From Flavobacteriales bacterium (GTDB lineage Bacteria; Bacteroidota; Bacteroidia; Flavobacteriales; Weeksellaceae): a stretch of 64,000 bases of DNA. The DNA lies in contig JBBSRZ010000001.1 in the NCBI GenBank assembly GCA_038242555.1, forward strand, positions 14,062 through 78,061, in the 5' to 3' direction. Shown here one piece after another: positions 10,162-19,350 of this stretch. Each line of letters opens with the position of its first letter. Within the stretch, counting starts at the first letter, position 1. Made by a program: the position numbers and the translations under genes. The notes beneath the pieces were generated by a model, which was given only the letters and a program-made list of their open reading frames with translations, had not been told where the DNA came from and did no database searches.

Positions 10162-10192
10162 AATTCCGTCTCGTTATTAACGACACGGAATT
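10162..10192. terminator. Hairpin terminator between convergent genes (TCCGTCTCGT family)
   Basis: aattccgtctcgtta-t-taacgacacggaatt followed by T residues. Confidence 0.7.
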
Positions 10193-10218
10193 TTACTTTA
10201 GTAAAAACTGTAAAGGTT

Positions 10219-10332
10219 TTAATATCTAGTTCGAACTGAACTTTGTTTTCTCCCTTGAAATTTTTTCATTGCATATCCAATTGCAAGTGGTGCTACCCAG
10301 ACTAAAAGTCTTCTAAAAAGTGATCGTCTCAT
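10219..10332 (-). CDS. Unannotated 37-aa small protein MRRSLFRRLLVWVAPLAIGYAMKKFQGRKQSSVRTRY
   Basis: Hand translation, 38 codons; start context aaaaattacaattATG; sigma54-like promoter upstream; terminator downstream. Confidence 0.7.
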   Translation of the reverse strand: MRRSLFRRLLVWVAPLAIGYAMKKFQGRKQSSVRTRY

Positions 10333-10361
10333 AATTGTAATTTTTTATATAAAATACCATT

Positions 10362-10377
10362 TGCAATTTGTTTGCCA
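10362..10377 (-). promoter_or_regulatory. sigma54 (-24/-12) promoter candidate
   Basis: Minus strand reads TGGCAAACAAATTGCA (GG-N10-GC). Confidence 0.65.
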
Positions 10378-10421
10378 AAGGTTTATAGAATAAGTTCAGA
10401 CCCAATAAATTGGTTGTTGAC

Positions 10422-11780
10422 TTAAACAAACGCACTAAACCCAGTAATACTTCTTCCTACAATCAAAGAATTTATTTCCTTAGTTCCTTCATAAGAATAA
10501 ATCGCTTCGGCATCGGCTACAAATCTGGCAACATCGTATTCTAATAAAATACCGTTTCCTCCCAGAACTTCGCGGGCGCGAGAAACAATATCGCGGGTTC
10601 TCAGGGTGCAGAAAACTTTTGCGAGAGAAGCGTGTTCGTCTTTCAACATTCCGGCATCCTGCATTTCAGACAGCCGGAAAACCAAGGTTTGCATTGCGGT
10701 CAAATTAGAAAGCATTTCAACCAAATGTCCCTGAATCATCTGGAAAGACGCAATTGGTTTTCCAAACTGTTCGCGTGTTTTCGTGTAGGCTAAAGCGCTT
10801 TCGTATGCACCTCTTGCGCAACCGGTCGCCATCCAAGCAACTCCGGCTCTGGTCATGCGCAACACATTTCCCGTATCTTTGAATGAATTGGCTTTTTCCA
10901 GTTTATTATCGTCGGTTATTAAACAATTGGTCAAAGTGATCAAGCCGTTTTGCACGATACGCAAAGCCATTTTACCTTTAATTTTCTCCACTGCAAATCC
11001 TGGATTGTCCTTTTCTACTAGGAAACCTTTTACTTCTCCGTCATCTAAACTTCTTGCCCAGATTACAATAACATCAGCAAAAGTGGCGTTTCCTATCCAT
11101 TTTTTCTGACCATTCAGTATCCAGCCGTCAGGCGTTTTTTTGCACGTTGTGGTTAAACCACCCGCCGCTCCGGAACCGACGTCGGGTTCAGTTAAACCAA
11201 AAGCACCGATCTTTTCGAATTTTTGAAGTTGAGGCAACCATTTTTCTTTTTGTGCTTCCGAACCACAAAGGTAAATTGAACCCATTGTCAAGCCTGATTG
11301 CACGCCAAAGAAAGTAGCGATCGATGCATCAACTCTGGCCATTTCCATCGCCAAAACACCTTCCATTAAAAAAGGTAAATTCGGGCAGCCATAACCTTCG
11401 TAGGTAACGCCGCAAACATCTAGTTTTTTAAATTTTTCAATGATCTCAAAAGGAAAAGTATCATGCAGCCAATGGTTATTCACTAAAGGTTTTACTTCAG
11501 TTTCCATGAAATTCCGGACTTTCATCTGGATTTCTTTCTGTTCGTCAGTTAACGTATCAAACACGCCATAAAAATCTCCGTTTACAGGAGGAAGTTCTTT
11601 TTTATGTTTTTCTGGATCAATGGCCCTCATTAGCATTTTGATCTCTTTATCATTCAGTTTAGAAAAACTTTCCATCATTTTAGGAAGATCTACTTTTCCG
11701 GATATTTTTGATAATTCATCTATATCTATAGATTTGAATAAGTGAATGGCATGTCTGATTTTGGAGAACATGTTTGACAT
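10422..11780 (-). CDS. Acyl-CoA dehydrogenase (glutaryl-CoA dehydrogenase-like)
   Basis: FGLTEPDVGS, KKWIGN, REQFGKPI, GGNG, YSYEGT. Confidence 0.92.
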   Translation of the reverse strand: MSNMFSKIRHAIHLFKSIDIDELSKISGKVDLPKMMESFSKLNDKEIKMLMRAIDPEKHKKELPPVNGDFYGVFDTLTDEQKEIQMKVRNFMETEVKPLVNNHWLHDTFPFEIIEKFKKLDVCGVTYEGYGCPNLPFLMEGVLAMEMARVDASIATFFGVQSGLTMGSIYLCGSEAQKEKWLPQLQKFEKIGAFGLTEPDVGSGAAGGLTTTCKKTPDGWILNGQKKWIGNATFADVIVIWARSLDDGEVKGFLVEKDNPGFAVEKIKGKMALRIVQNGLITLTNCLITDDNKLEKANSFKDTGNVLRMTRAGVAWMATGCARGAYESALAYTKTREQFGKPIASFQMIQGHLVEMLSNLTAMQTLVFRLSEMQDAGMLKDEHASLAKVFCTLRTRDIVSRAREVLGGNGILLEYDVARFVADAEAIYSYEGTKEINSLIVGRSITGFSAFV

Positions 11781-11844
11781 ATTGTAATTTTAGAAAAAAG
11801 ATACAAAAAAAGCACGAAAAAAATGTGCTGGAACTTTAATTGCA

Positions 11845-11874
11845 CAAAAAAACCACCTCATTTCGAGGTGGTTT
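11845..11874 (-). terminator. Intrinsic terminator of pnp
   Basis: aaaccacctc-attt-cgaggtggttt with a U-tract on the minus strand. Confidence 0.75.
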
Positions 11875-11900
11875 CTATATTTAAAGCATTTCAGTTTTTA

Positions 11901-14240
11901 TTAAAAACCTTCTGGCTTATCTTCCGTTGGATTTTCACCTTCGTTCAAAGGTTTGAAACTATCTCCGTCTCCAGGACGAGCATTGCTTGCCGCGCCGTGT
12001 TGAGGTCTGTTGTTTCCAGGATTGAAGTTGCCTTCTCTTCTGTCACCACCTCTTGGTCCGTTGTTATCACGGTTATCACGATTTTGTCCGTCATGTTGTG
12101 GACGGTCACCTTGTGGTCTTTCTTCACGCGCTGGTCTGTCTAAAAGTACTTTTCTAGAAAGTTTCATTTTCTTGCGGTCATCATAACCCATGAATTTCAC
12201 TTCTACCATATCGCCTTCGTTGTAAGGAACTTTGTCCAAACGTTTCCATTCGATTTCTGAGATGTGAAGTAAACCTTCAGTTCCTTTTGCAATCGCTACG
12301 AATGCTCCGAAGTCCATTACTTTTACAACTTTACCATTGTATACGTTTCCAACTACAGGCACGAAACAAATTTCGTTGATCGCTGCAATCGTTGCGTTGA
12401 TATTTTCTCTGTTGATTCCAGAAATTTCGATTCTACCGATTTCGCCAATTTCTTCAATCGCGATAACCGTTTCGAAATCTTTTTGCATTTGCTGAATAAT
12501 TTTTCCACCAGGTCCGATGATCGCTCCGATAAAGTCTTTGGAGATTTCCAATACTTCCATTTTCGGTGCGTGTGCTTTCACATCTGGATTTGGTTTGTCA
12601 AGCGTTTTCAACAATTCATTAAGAATGTGCAGTCTTCCTTCTTTTGCCTGGATCAACGCTTTTTCCATGATGTCCATCGTAAGTCCTTCAACTTTAATGT
12701 CCATTTGACAAGCAGTAATTCCGTCTGCAGTTCCTGTAACTTTGAAGTCCATATCACCTAAATGATCTTCGTCTCCTAAAATATCAGAAAGCACCGTAAA
12801 TTTACCTGATTTTGGATCAGTTACCAAGCCCATTGCAATTCCAGAAACTGGTTTTGAAATTTGTACACCTGCATCCATTAACGCTAGAGTTCCAGCACAA
12901 ACAGTGGCCATTGAAGACGAACCATTTGATTCTAAAATATCAGAAACGATACGGATCGTGTAAGGGTTTTCCGTAGGAATCATTTTCGCTAAAGCTCTTT
13001 GAGCCAAGTTTCCGTGACCTACTTCTCTTCTTGAAGTTCCTCTCAAAGGTCTTGCTTCTCCCGTAGAAAACGGTGGGAAGTTATAGTGTAAGAAGAATTT
13101 TTGATCGTAGTTGATGGCAACCGTGTCTACCATGTTTGCATCTTTTACAGATCCTAAAGTTACTGCAGTCAATGACTGAGTTTCTCCACGTGTAAAGATC
13201 GCAGAACCGTGAGCTCCTGGCAAATAATCAACTTCTGACCAGATCGGACGAATCGTTTCTGGACTTCTTCCATCCAAACGAATTTTGTCGTTCAGAATTA
13301 ACTGACGCATTGCTTCTTTTTCTACATCGTGGAAATAGTTTTTTGCGTAAGGTTTAGCAACTTCTAAGTCTTCCTCAGAATATTGTGTTAAGAATTCTTC
13401 TAAAATTGCCTGGAAGTTTTCATGTCTTTCTTCTTTAGCAGAAGGAGTTTTTGCAACTTCATATACTTTATCATAAGTCGCAGCCCACACTTTTTCGCGA
13501 ATTTCTTCGTTGTGATCTTCGTGCGTATATTCTCTTTTCGGAAGTGATTTACCAACTCTCTCGGCTAATCTTTCCTGAGCAGCTACCTGAACTTTAATTA
13601 CTTCGTGAGCAAATTTAATGGCTTCGATCATTTCTTGTTCAGAAATCTCTTCCATTTCACCTTCTACCATTACGATAGAATCTTTCGTTGCACCAACCAT
13701 AATATTCAAATCAGCTTTCGCTAAATTTTCTATACTTGGGTTAACAACTAATTTACCGTCGATTCTCGCGACAGTAACTTCAGACATAGGTCCGTTGAAA
13801 GGAATATCAGTAATTGCGATTGCAGCAGAAGCCGCTAATCCAGCCAACGATTCTGGCATACATTCTTTATCATAAGAAATCAGGGAAATCATCACCTGAA
13901 CCTCTGCATGGAAATCTGATGGGAAAAGTGGACGAAGAACTCGATCTACTAATCTCATTGTTAAAATTTCTTCATCCGAAGGTCTTGCTTCACGACGGAA
14001 GAAGTTTCCTGGGATTTTTCCGGCAGAATAAAATTTCTCTCTGTAATCTACTGTTAAAGGAAGAAAGTCAACATCTGGTTTGGCATCTTTACTAGCGACA
14101 ACTGTTGCTAAAAGCATCGTATCGCCCATTCTTACTACTACAGAACCATTTGCTTGTTTCGCTAAACGTCCTGTTTCGATGGTGATTTCTCTACCATCTT
14201 CTAATTGAATTTTTTCAATAATTGCTTGTGGAGCATTCAT
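11901..14240 (-). CDS. pnp: Polyribonucleotide nucleotidyltransferase (PNPase)
   Basis: [33 protein letters not shown]; KH and S1 domains. Confidence 0.98.
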   Translation of the reverse strand: MNAPQAIIEKIQLEDGREITIETGRLAKQANGSVVVRMGDTMLLATVVASKDAKPDVDFLPLTVDYREKFYSAGKIPGNFFRREARPSDEEILTMRLVDRVLRPLFPSDFHAEVQVMISLISYDKECMPESLAGLAASAAIAITDIPFNGPMSEVTVARIDGKLVVNPSIENLAKADLNIMVGATKDSIVMVEGEMEEISEQEMIEAIKFAHEVIKVQVAAQERLAERVGKSLPKREYTHEDHNEEIREKVWAATYDKVYEVAKTPSAKEERHENFQAILEEFLTQYSEEDLEVAKPYAKNYFHDVEKEAMRQLILNDKIRLDGRSPETIRPIWSEVDYLPGAHGSAIFTRGETQSLTAVTLGSVKDANMVDTVAINYDQKFFLHYNFPPFSTGEARPLRGTSRREVGHGNLAQRALAKMIPTENPYTIRIVSDILESNGSSSMATVCAGTLALMDAGVQISKPVSGIAMGLVTDPKSGKFTVLSDILGDEDHLGDMDFKVTGTADGITACQMDIKVEGLTMDIMEKALIQAKEGRLHILNELLKTLDKPNPDVKAHAPKMEVLEISKDFIGAIIGPGGKIIQQMQKDFETVIAIEEIGEIGRIEISGINRENINATIAAINEICFVPVVGNVYNGKVVKVMDFGAFVAIAKGTEGLLHISEIEWKRLDKVPYNEGDMVEVKFMGYDDRKKMKLSRKVLLDRPAREERPQGDRPQHDGQNRDNRDNNGPRGGDRREGNFNPGNNRPQHGAASNARPGDGDSFKPLNEGENPTEDKPEGF

Positions 14241-14308
14241 AAAATTTGTTCGTCTTTCGCGCTCCGTATTGAGCGCATTAATATTTAATCTATTTAAATT
14301 TTCGAGGT

Positions 14309-14316
14309 CAAATATA
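14309..14316 (-). promoter_or_regulatory. Bacteroidota -7 promoter element for pnp
   Basis: TATATTTG on minus strand about 70 nt before ATG. Confidence 0.6.
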
Positions 14317-14542
14317 CGGAATTTTCCTTACTTTAAAAGTGGATGGATAACATCGAATGCATACGAACTAGTCTAGTAACTTTAGATAAAATTTATAATT
14401 TTTTAAGAAAGCGTTAAGCGATTACAGGAAATATTAATAATTTTTATTCGCAATTAAACGTGTATTTAACATTGAAAGACTTACAATTAACATTAAAGAG
14501 TAATTAATGTATTGTGAGAGGAATTTTAGGAAAATATTATTT

Positions 14543-14558
14543 CGGCACAAAATTGGAT
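14543..14558 (+). promoter_or_regulatory. Weak sigma54-like motif upstream of the GlsB/YeaQ gene
   Basis: CGGCACAAAATTGGAT; good -24 box, degenerate -12 box. Confidence 0.35.
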
Positions 14559-14609
14559 TGTAATTTTAACAGAAAAAATAATTACTAACATTAAAAAATT
14601 TTTAACATT

Positions 14610-14852
14610 ATGGGAATTCTATGGACATTAATTATCGGAGCAATTGCAGGATGGTTAGGATCACAAATCTTTAAAGGTGGAAGTCTAGGTTTAATCGGAA
14701 ATATCGTAGTTGGTATTGTCGGTGGTTTTATCGGATACTTCTTATTAGGAGGTAGATTAGGTGAAGGTATTTTAGGAGAAATTTTAACCGGAACAATTGG
14801 CGCAATTGTATTATTGGCGATTGTGAATTTATTTACGAGAGGAAAGGTATAA
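14610..14852 (+). CDS. GlsB/YeaQ/YmgE family stress response membrane protein
   Basis: IGAIAGWLG...GLIGNIVVGIVGGFIG...IGAIVLL pattern. Confidence 0.92.
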   Translation: MGILWTLIIGAIAGWLGSQIFKGGSLGLIGNIVVGIVGGFIGYFLLGGRLGEGILGEILTGTIGAIVLLAIVNLFTRGKV

Positions 14853-14877
14853 TTAACATATACTTTAAAAAATAATT

Positions 14878-14912
14878 AAGCAACTTAGATTTAGGTTGCT
14901 TTTTTTTTTTTT
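14878..14912 (+). terminator. Intrinsic terminator
   Basis: aagcaactta-gatt-taggttgctt plus long T run. Confidence 0.8.
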
Positions 14913-14955
14913 TGATTAAACTTTAACATTTCAATAACTTAAGAACTTTAGGCAT

Positions 14956-14987
14956 AAAAAAAGCAATCCAATTTGGATTGCTTTTTT
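14956..14987 (-). terminator. Terminator of rpsO (bidirectional shape)
   Basis: aaaaaagcaatcca-att-tggattgctttttt. Confidence 0.8.
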
Positions 14988-15007
14988 ACTTGTTTTGTAG
15001 AAAGAGA

Positions 15008-15277
15008 TTATTTTCTTAATCCTAGTTCTGCAATAATAGCTCTGTATCGACTAATTTCTTTTTTCTTAAGATAATCTAAAAGTGCTTTTCTTTTACCTAC
15101 TAAAAGTACCAAAGAACGCTCAGTCGCGTAATCTTTGTGGTTTCTTTTTAGGTGACCTGATAGATGATTAATTCTATAAGTGAAAAGGGCAATTTGTCCT
15201 TCTGCGCTTCCTGTGTCTGTATCAGACTTTCCATGTTTTCCGAAGATTTCTTTCTTCTTGTCAGTTGTTAAGTACAT
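15008..15277 (-). CDS. rpsO: 30S ribosomal protein S15
   Basis: DTGSAEGQIA...HKD...LGLRK, 89 aa. Confidence 0.98.
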   Translation of the reverse strand: MYLTTDKKKEIFGKHGKSDTDTGSAEGQIALFTYRINHLSGHLKRNHKDYATERSLVLLVGKRKALLDYLKKKEISRYRAIIAELGLRK

Positions 15278-15314
15278 TCCAATATTGTTTTAAATGATTA
15301 TTATGTAACGGGTG

Positions 15315-15322
15315 CAAAAATA
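15315..15322 (-). promoter_or_regulatory. -7 promoter element for rpsO
   Basis: TATTTTTG on minus strand 37 nt before ATG. Confidence 0.65.
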
Positions 15323-15425
15323 CACTTATTTATTTTAATCTGAAAAGTATAATAAGTACTACTATTTAAATTTGAGAAAATGAATGTTAAAATATTCTTA
15401 AATATAAAGTTAATTTTTTATTGTA

Positions 15426-15441
15426 TGGCAGTATCTTTGCA
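15426..15441 (+). promoter_or_regulatory. Promoter: TAnnTTTG -7 element overlapping a sigma54-like motif
   Basis: TGGCAGTATCTTTGCA contains TATCTTTG and has GG-N10-GC spacing. Confidence 0.55.
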
Positions 15442-15453
15442 GTTCAGAAAATT

Positions 15454-16065
15454 ATGAAACAACTTTCCTTTCTTAAATCTATTTTTACAGTCCTTTTGTT
15501 ATCAACATCTTACTGTGTTGTGCAAGCGCAGATGGGTCCGTTTCATAAAGAAAGTAAGATCACGCAGATCCTTTATTTCAATCCGGAAGTTTACCCAGAT
15601 ATCGAGGAAATTAAAGAACCCACTTATACCGCATTTTTTTCTGCGTTATCGGATCAATTTAGTACGATAAGAAATACAAAATTGATGCGTGTAGATTATA
15701 ACATTCCTTTTGATGACGCTCCCGCAAATTTAGTATCTGAATTTTGCGTGAACAACAATGCCCAATTTGCTGTTGTGCCAAAAGTGAAATATTTCAAAGT
15801 CGGAATTGGGAAATATGTGTTTTCTAATCAAGTCATAATTAGTTTAAAGATTTACGATGCTACTGGAGAAATGGTGGCAGAAACTTCTTACGATACCTAC
15901 AAGAAAAACGGACGACTTTTAGGTTCTGCTGAAAATTCGATTAAAATAGGAACCAATGGTGCGCTGAAAAACCTAACTAAAATGCTTCGCAAGAAAAATA
16001 GATCTTCAACTAATGCCGCAAATCCATTAGATGATTTCGCGACGGAAACTTTTACCTTTAATTAA
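15454..16065 (+). CDS. Conserved hypothetical secreted protein
   Basis: ATG 15454 lies after the promoter; signal peptide ending VQA|Q. Confidence 0.75.
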   Translation: MKQLSFLKSIFTVLLLSTSYCVVQAQMGPFHKESKITQILYFNPEVYPDIEEIKEPTYTAFFSALSDQFSTIRNTKLMRVDYNIPFDDAPANLVSEFCVNNNAQFAVVPKVKYFKVGIGKYVFSNQVIISLKIYDATGEMVAETSYDTYKKNGRLLGSAENSIKIGTNGALKNLTKMLRKKNRSSTNAANPLDDFATETFTFN

Positions 16066-16156
16066 TTTAAATTTTTATATCTGAAAATCGTTAAAAATTA
16101 TTATTCATCAATTATAAGATAGGTTCAGTTTCTTTATGAACCTTTTATATGATATT

Positions 16157-17107
16157 CTAATTTTCTCCGATTTTCTTAGCCAATCTTTCCGCTAAATTTT
16201 CAATGTCTTTCTTTCGCGCCAGTTGATCTATCCAATTTTTTGGTATGGATTCAAAGCCGTAAAGAAGTCCTGCTAATCCACCCAGCACTGCCGCAGTGGT
16301 GTCGGTGTCTTCTCCTAAGTTAACGGCTTTCAATGTTGCTTCTTCATAATTTTCCGTTGTCAATAAACACCAAATACTTGCTTCTAAAGTATGAAGCACA
16401 TATCCGCTACTTGCAATTTCCTGTTTTTTTAAATTAGAAATATCATCTTTAAAAAGACGATCGAACAAAGCAATCTCTTGTGGATCAATTGAAAGTGACT
16501 TTAAAAAAGATGGAATCTCACTTTGCATTTTTTTGTAGGTTTCAAATTTGTCTTTTCCCGTTAAAATTTCTCTAGCAAATTCGAGATAGTAGAAACAGGC
16601 AATCACCGACCGAATATGTCCGTGTGTAATAGAAGAAACTTTTTTAGTTATTTCAAACCTTTCAGAAATATGTAAATCTTTAATGTAAAATAGAAGCGGC
16701 AAAATTCTCATTAATGATCCGTTTCCATTGGCTTCGCTGTTTATACTTCCTGCAAATTGCGGTTCTACGCCGTTATTGAGTTTATTTATCGCGTGATTAG
16801 TTGCAATTCCGATATCGAAAACCTCACCGCGGGCAGCCCAATACTTTTCATCGCGCCATTTTACGAAATTTTGTCCAATTCTGTCCAAATCAAAATCATG
16901 CGTAAGTGCTTCTGCAAGACAGAACGTCATCGAACTATCATCAGAAAAAGTTCCCGGCGGTAGATTGTACGTTCCGTACCCCATCATATCAGTTACCGGT
17001 TTTTGGTTAAGATATTCTCTGCTTTTAAATTCTACCGGAACTCCCAAGGCATCACCAACGGCAACGCCAAGTAGGGCAGATTTAATTTGATTATTTATTT
17101 TGGTCAT
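16157..17107 (-). CDS. ADP-ribosylglycohydrolase (DraG/ARH family)
   Basis: GDALG, FSDDS, GNGSLMR, ITH, GEDTDT. Confidence 0.93.
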   Translation of the reverse strand: MTKINNQIKSALLGVAVGDALGVPVEFKSREYLNQKPVTDMMGYGTYNLPPGTFSDDSSMTFCLAEALTHDFDLDRIGQNFVKWRDEKYWAARGEVFDIGIATNHAINKLNNGVEPQFAGSINSEANGNGSLMRILPLLFYIKDLHISERFEITKKVSSITHGHIRSVIACFYYLEFAREILTGKDKFETYKKMQSEIPSFLKSLSIDPQEIALFDRLFKDDISNLKKQEIASSGYVLHTLEASIWCLLTTENYEEATLKAVNLGEDTDTTAAVLGGLAGLLYGFESIPKNWIDQLARKKDIENLAERLAKKIGEN

Positions 17108-17152
17108 AATAGTTGATATAATTCAATGAAAACTTTAATATTCAATTAGGAT

Positions 17153-17419
17153 TTATTTATTTCTAAAAATTTTCTTGTAAATCCAACCGGCCAGAAAGTA
17201 AAAGAGTGCTAAATATGCGAGTAATAAAAGACCGCCAACCAGCCAACCGAAGTCTCCCATTAAATATACAAATCCGAAAAAATAGCCACTCAGACTTTCG
17301 ATTGGATGAAAAGAAACGGCCATATTATCTGGTTTAGATATAAGATCGAAGAACAAAATAGGAATTACAAAGCCGATCAATGCGCCTACTAATCTAGTTA
17401 CAATTTCATTTTTTTTCAT
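17153..17419 (-). CDS. Hypothetical membrane protein
   Basis: 88-aa hydrophobic ORF directly upstream of the ARH gene. Confidence 0.65.
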   Translation of the reverse strand: MKKNEIVTRLVGALIGFVIPILFFDLISKPDNMAVSFHPIESLSGYFFGFVYLMGDFGWLVGGLLLLAYLALFYFLAGWIYKKIFRNK

Positions 17420-17646
17420 CCAAGTACTAAACTAAAGTTTAATTTCCAAATTTGAGAACTTTTTGTAATTCTTACAAAATATCTTTTTAAGTTTCCTCAC
17501 AAATCAATCTTCTTTTTATTTATAAGTAATCTTTTTCGTCTTTAAGTAAATATTATTAAGGAAAAGAACAAACATATTTTCGCTAACTAAATTATTACAT
17601 AATCTTGCAAATTAATAAACACCTGATTTACAGGTAAATAATCGTA

Positions 17647-17676
17647 ACAAACGAATACAAACGATAGTAAATGATT
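17647..17676 (+). promoter_or_regulatory. Three 10-bp phased direct repeats upstream of ssb (candidate operator)
   Basis: acaaacgaat / acaaacgata / gtaaatgatt. Confidence 0.4.
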
Positions 17677-17777
17677 CCTTACCGACTAAATTTTGAATCG
17701 TAGTGAATCTTTGCCATAGAGATTCGAGAATAAACAAAACGACTCGATTCTAATGTTTAATTATAATATTTAAGATT

Positions 17778-18107
17778 ATGTCACTAAGAAACAAAATTAC
17801 CTTAATCGGTAGAACAGGAAAAGACGTCGAAATCGTAAAATTCGAAAATGGAAAATTGGCTAAAGTTAGTTTAGCGACCACCGATCACTACACGAATGCA
17901 ATGGGTGAAAAAGTGGAAGAAACGCAATGGCACAATTTGGTAGTCAATGGGAAACTTGCCGACATCATGGAAAAATATGTCGAAAAAGGGAAAGAGATCG
18001 CCGTGGAAGGAAAAGTGATCTACCGAACATATGATGATAAAGACGGTGTGAAGCGATACATCACAGAAATTCGTGTGGAGGAAATTGTTCTACTCGGCGG
18101 AAAGTAA
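17778..18107 (+). CDS. ssb: Single-stranded DNA-binding protein, short form lacking the acidic tail
   Basis: NKITLIGR, SLATT, TQWH, KGKEIAVEGK, RYITEI. Confidence 0.93.
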   Translation: MSLRNKITLIGRTGKDVEIVKFENGKLAKVSLATTDHYTNAMGEKVEETQWHNLVVNGKLADIMEKYVEKGKEIAVEGKVIYRTYDDKDGVKRYITEIRVEEIVLLGGK

Positions 18108-18206
18108 CGTGAAATTGATTGAGCCGAAATGTTCACAGATCGTTTCGGCTCATCAAAATAGGATAGGAACATCAAATTTACAGGTAATACTTAAAAAAAC
18201 AAAACC

Positions 18207-18656
18207 ATGAAAATTCAAATTTTTAAAATCAGATTATCAGAAGACTTTATTTATGCCGATCAAAAGATGCTTGATTGTTTTCTGCAAGAAAATAATATTC
18301 TAAAATACGAAACTGCTTTCGTGAAAGATGAAGATAGCTACTGGTCTGTTGTACTTTATTATGAAGAACTAAAAGTCCAATTAAACGAGTCACAACCTGA
18401 AATGTACAGTGCTGAGAAAGAAATTGCACTGTCGGGCGATGAGGTTAAGATTCTGGATTCATTGAAATTATGGCGTTCCGAAAAGGCAAAAGATCAAAAA
18501 CTTCCTGTGTATTGTATCGCGACTAATAAAGAATTGTTTTCAATCGCAAAATACAAACCTGTGAAGAAAGAAGAATTACGCGACATTAAGGGTTTTGGTA
18601 AACATAAAATCGAAAACTATGGCGAAGAGATCGTCGGAGTTTTAGAGATGGTTTAA
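18207..18656 (+). CDS. Stand-alone HRDC domain protein
   Basis: LKLWRSEKAK...PVYCIATNKEL...IKGFGKHKIENYG. Confidence 0.88.
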   Translation: MKIQIFKIRLSEDFIYADQKMLDCFLQENNILKYETAFVKDEDSYWSVVLYYEELKVQLNESQPEMYSAEKEIALSGDEVKILDSLKLWRSEKAKDQKLPVYCIATNKELFSIAKYKPVKKEELRDIKGFGKHKIENYGEEIVGVLEMV

Positions 18657-18678
18657 GAACAAAAGTTCTAATTATTTA

Positions 18679-18709
18679 CATAAACCGGAGAAATTTTCTT
18701 CGGTTTATG
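18679..18709 (+). terminator. Terminator after ssb-HRDC
   Basis: cataaaccggagaa-att-ttcttcggtttatg. Confidence 0.65.
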
Positions 18710-18780
18710 ATTTTTAAATTTAACAAAGTTTAAATTCATTTTTATATTCTAATTCATCAAGTTTTTTCTAAATTTATAAA

Positions 18781-19263
18781 ATGGAAACTAATATTAGAAA
18801 AATTCAGAAGTCAGATAATAAATCGTTAGCAAAAATAATACGCAGTTGCTTTGATGATTTTAAAGTTCCTACTCCAGGAACTGTTTACGAAGATCCATCG
18901 ACAGACAATTTGTACGAATTGTTTCATGAGCCAAATTCAGCATTATTCGTAGCGGAATTAAATGGAGCATTATGCGGTTGCTGCGGAATTTTCCCAACCG
19001 AAGGTTTACCAGAAAAATGTGCCGAACTCGTTAAGTTTTATATCGATAAAAATTTTAGAGGAAAAGGTTTAGGAAAAAAGTTAATGGAAGAAAGCATTGA
19101 GTTTGCAAAAAAGTCGGGATACGAATCGATCTATATAGAAAGTTTACCCGAATTTTCTACCGCAGTTTCCATCTACGAAAAGCAAGGTTTTGTTTACTTG
19201 GAAAAACCATTGGGTAATTCAGGACATAGCGGTTGCAACCTTTGGATGATCAAGCATCTTTAG
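18781..19263 (+). CDS. GNAT family N-acetyltransferase (YjgM-like)
   Basis: ELVKFY...FRGKGLG, PLGNSGHSGC. Confidence 0.87.
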   Translation: METNIRKIQKSDNKSLAKIIRSCFDDFKVPTPGTVYEDPSTDNLYELFHEPNSALFVAELNGALCGCCGIFPTEGLPEKCAELVKFYIDKNFRGKGLGKKLMEESIEFAKKSGYESIYIESLPEFSTAVSIYEKQGFVYLEKPLGNSGHSGCNLWMIKHL

Positions 19264-19350
19264 GAATTTAGATTAATAAAATTGTATTTTTGCGAACATA
19301 CTTTTATTTTGACTTTACCGTCAATAAAAAATCTAAAATTTAGCCCAAAT

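Noticed and set aside
17778-18656. Diversity-generating retroelement suggested by the HRDC gene
   Set aside because: No reverse transcriptase and no TR/VR repeat pair in the window.
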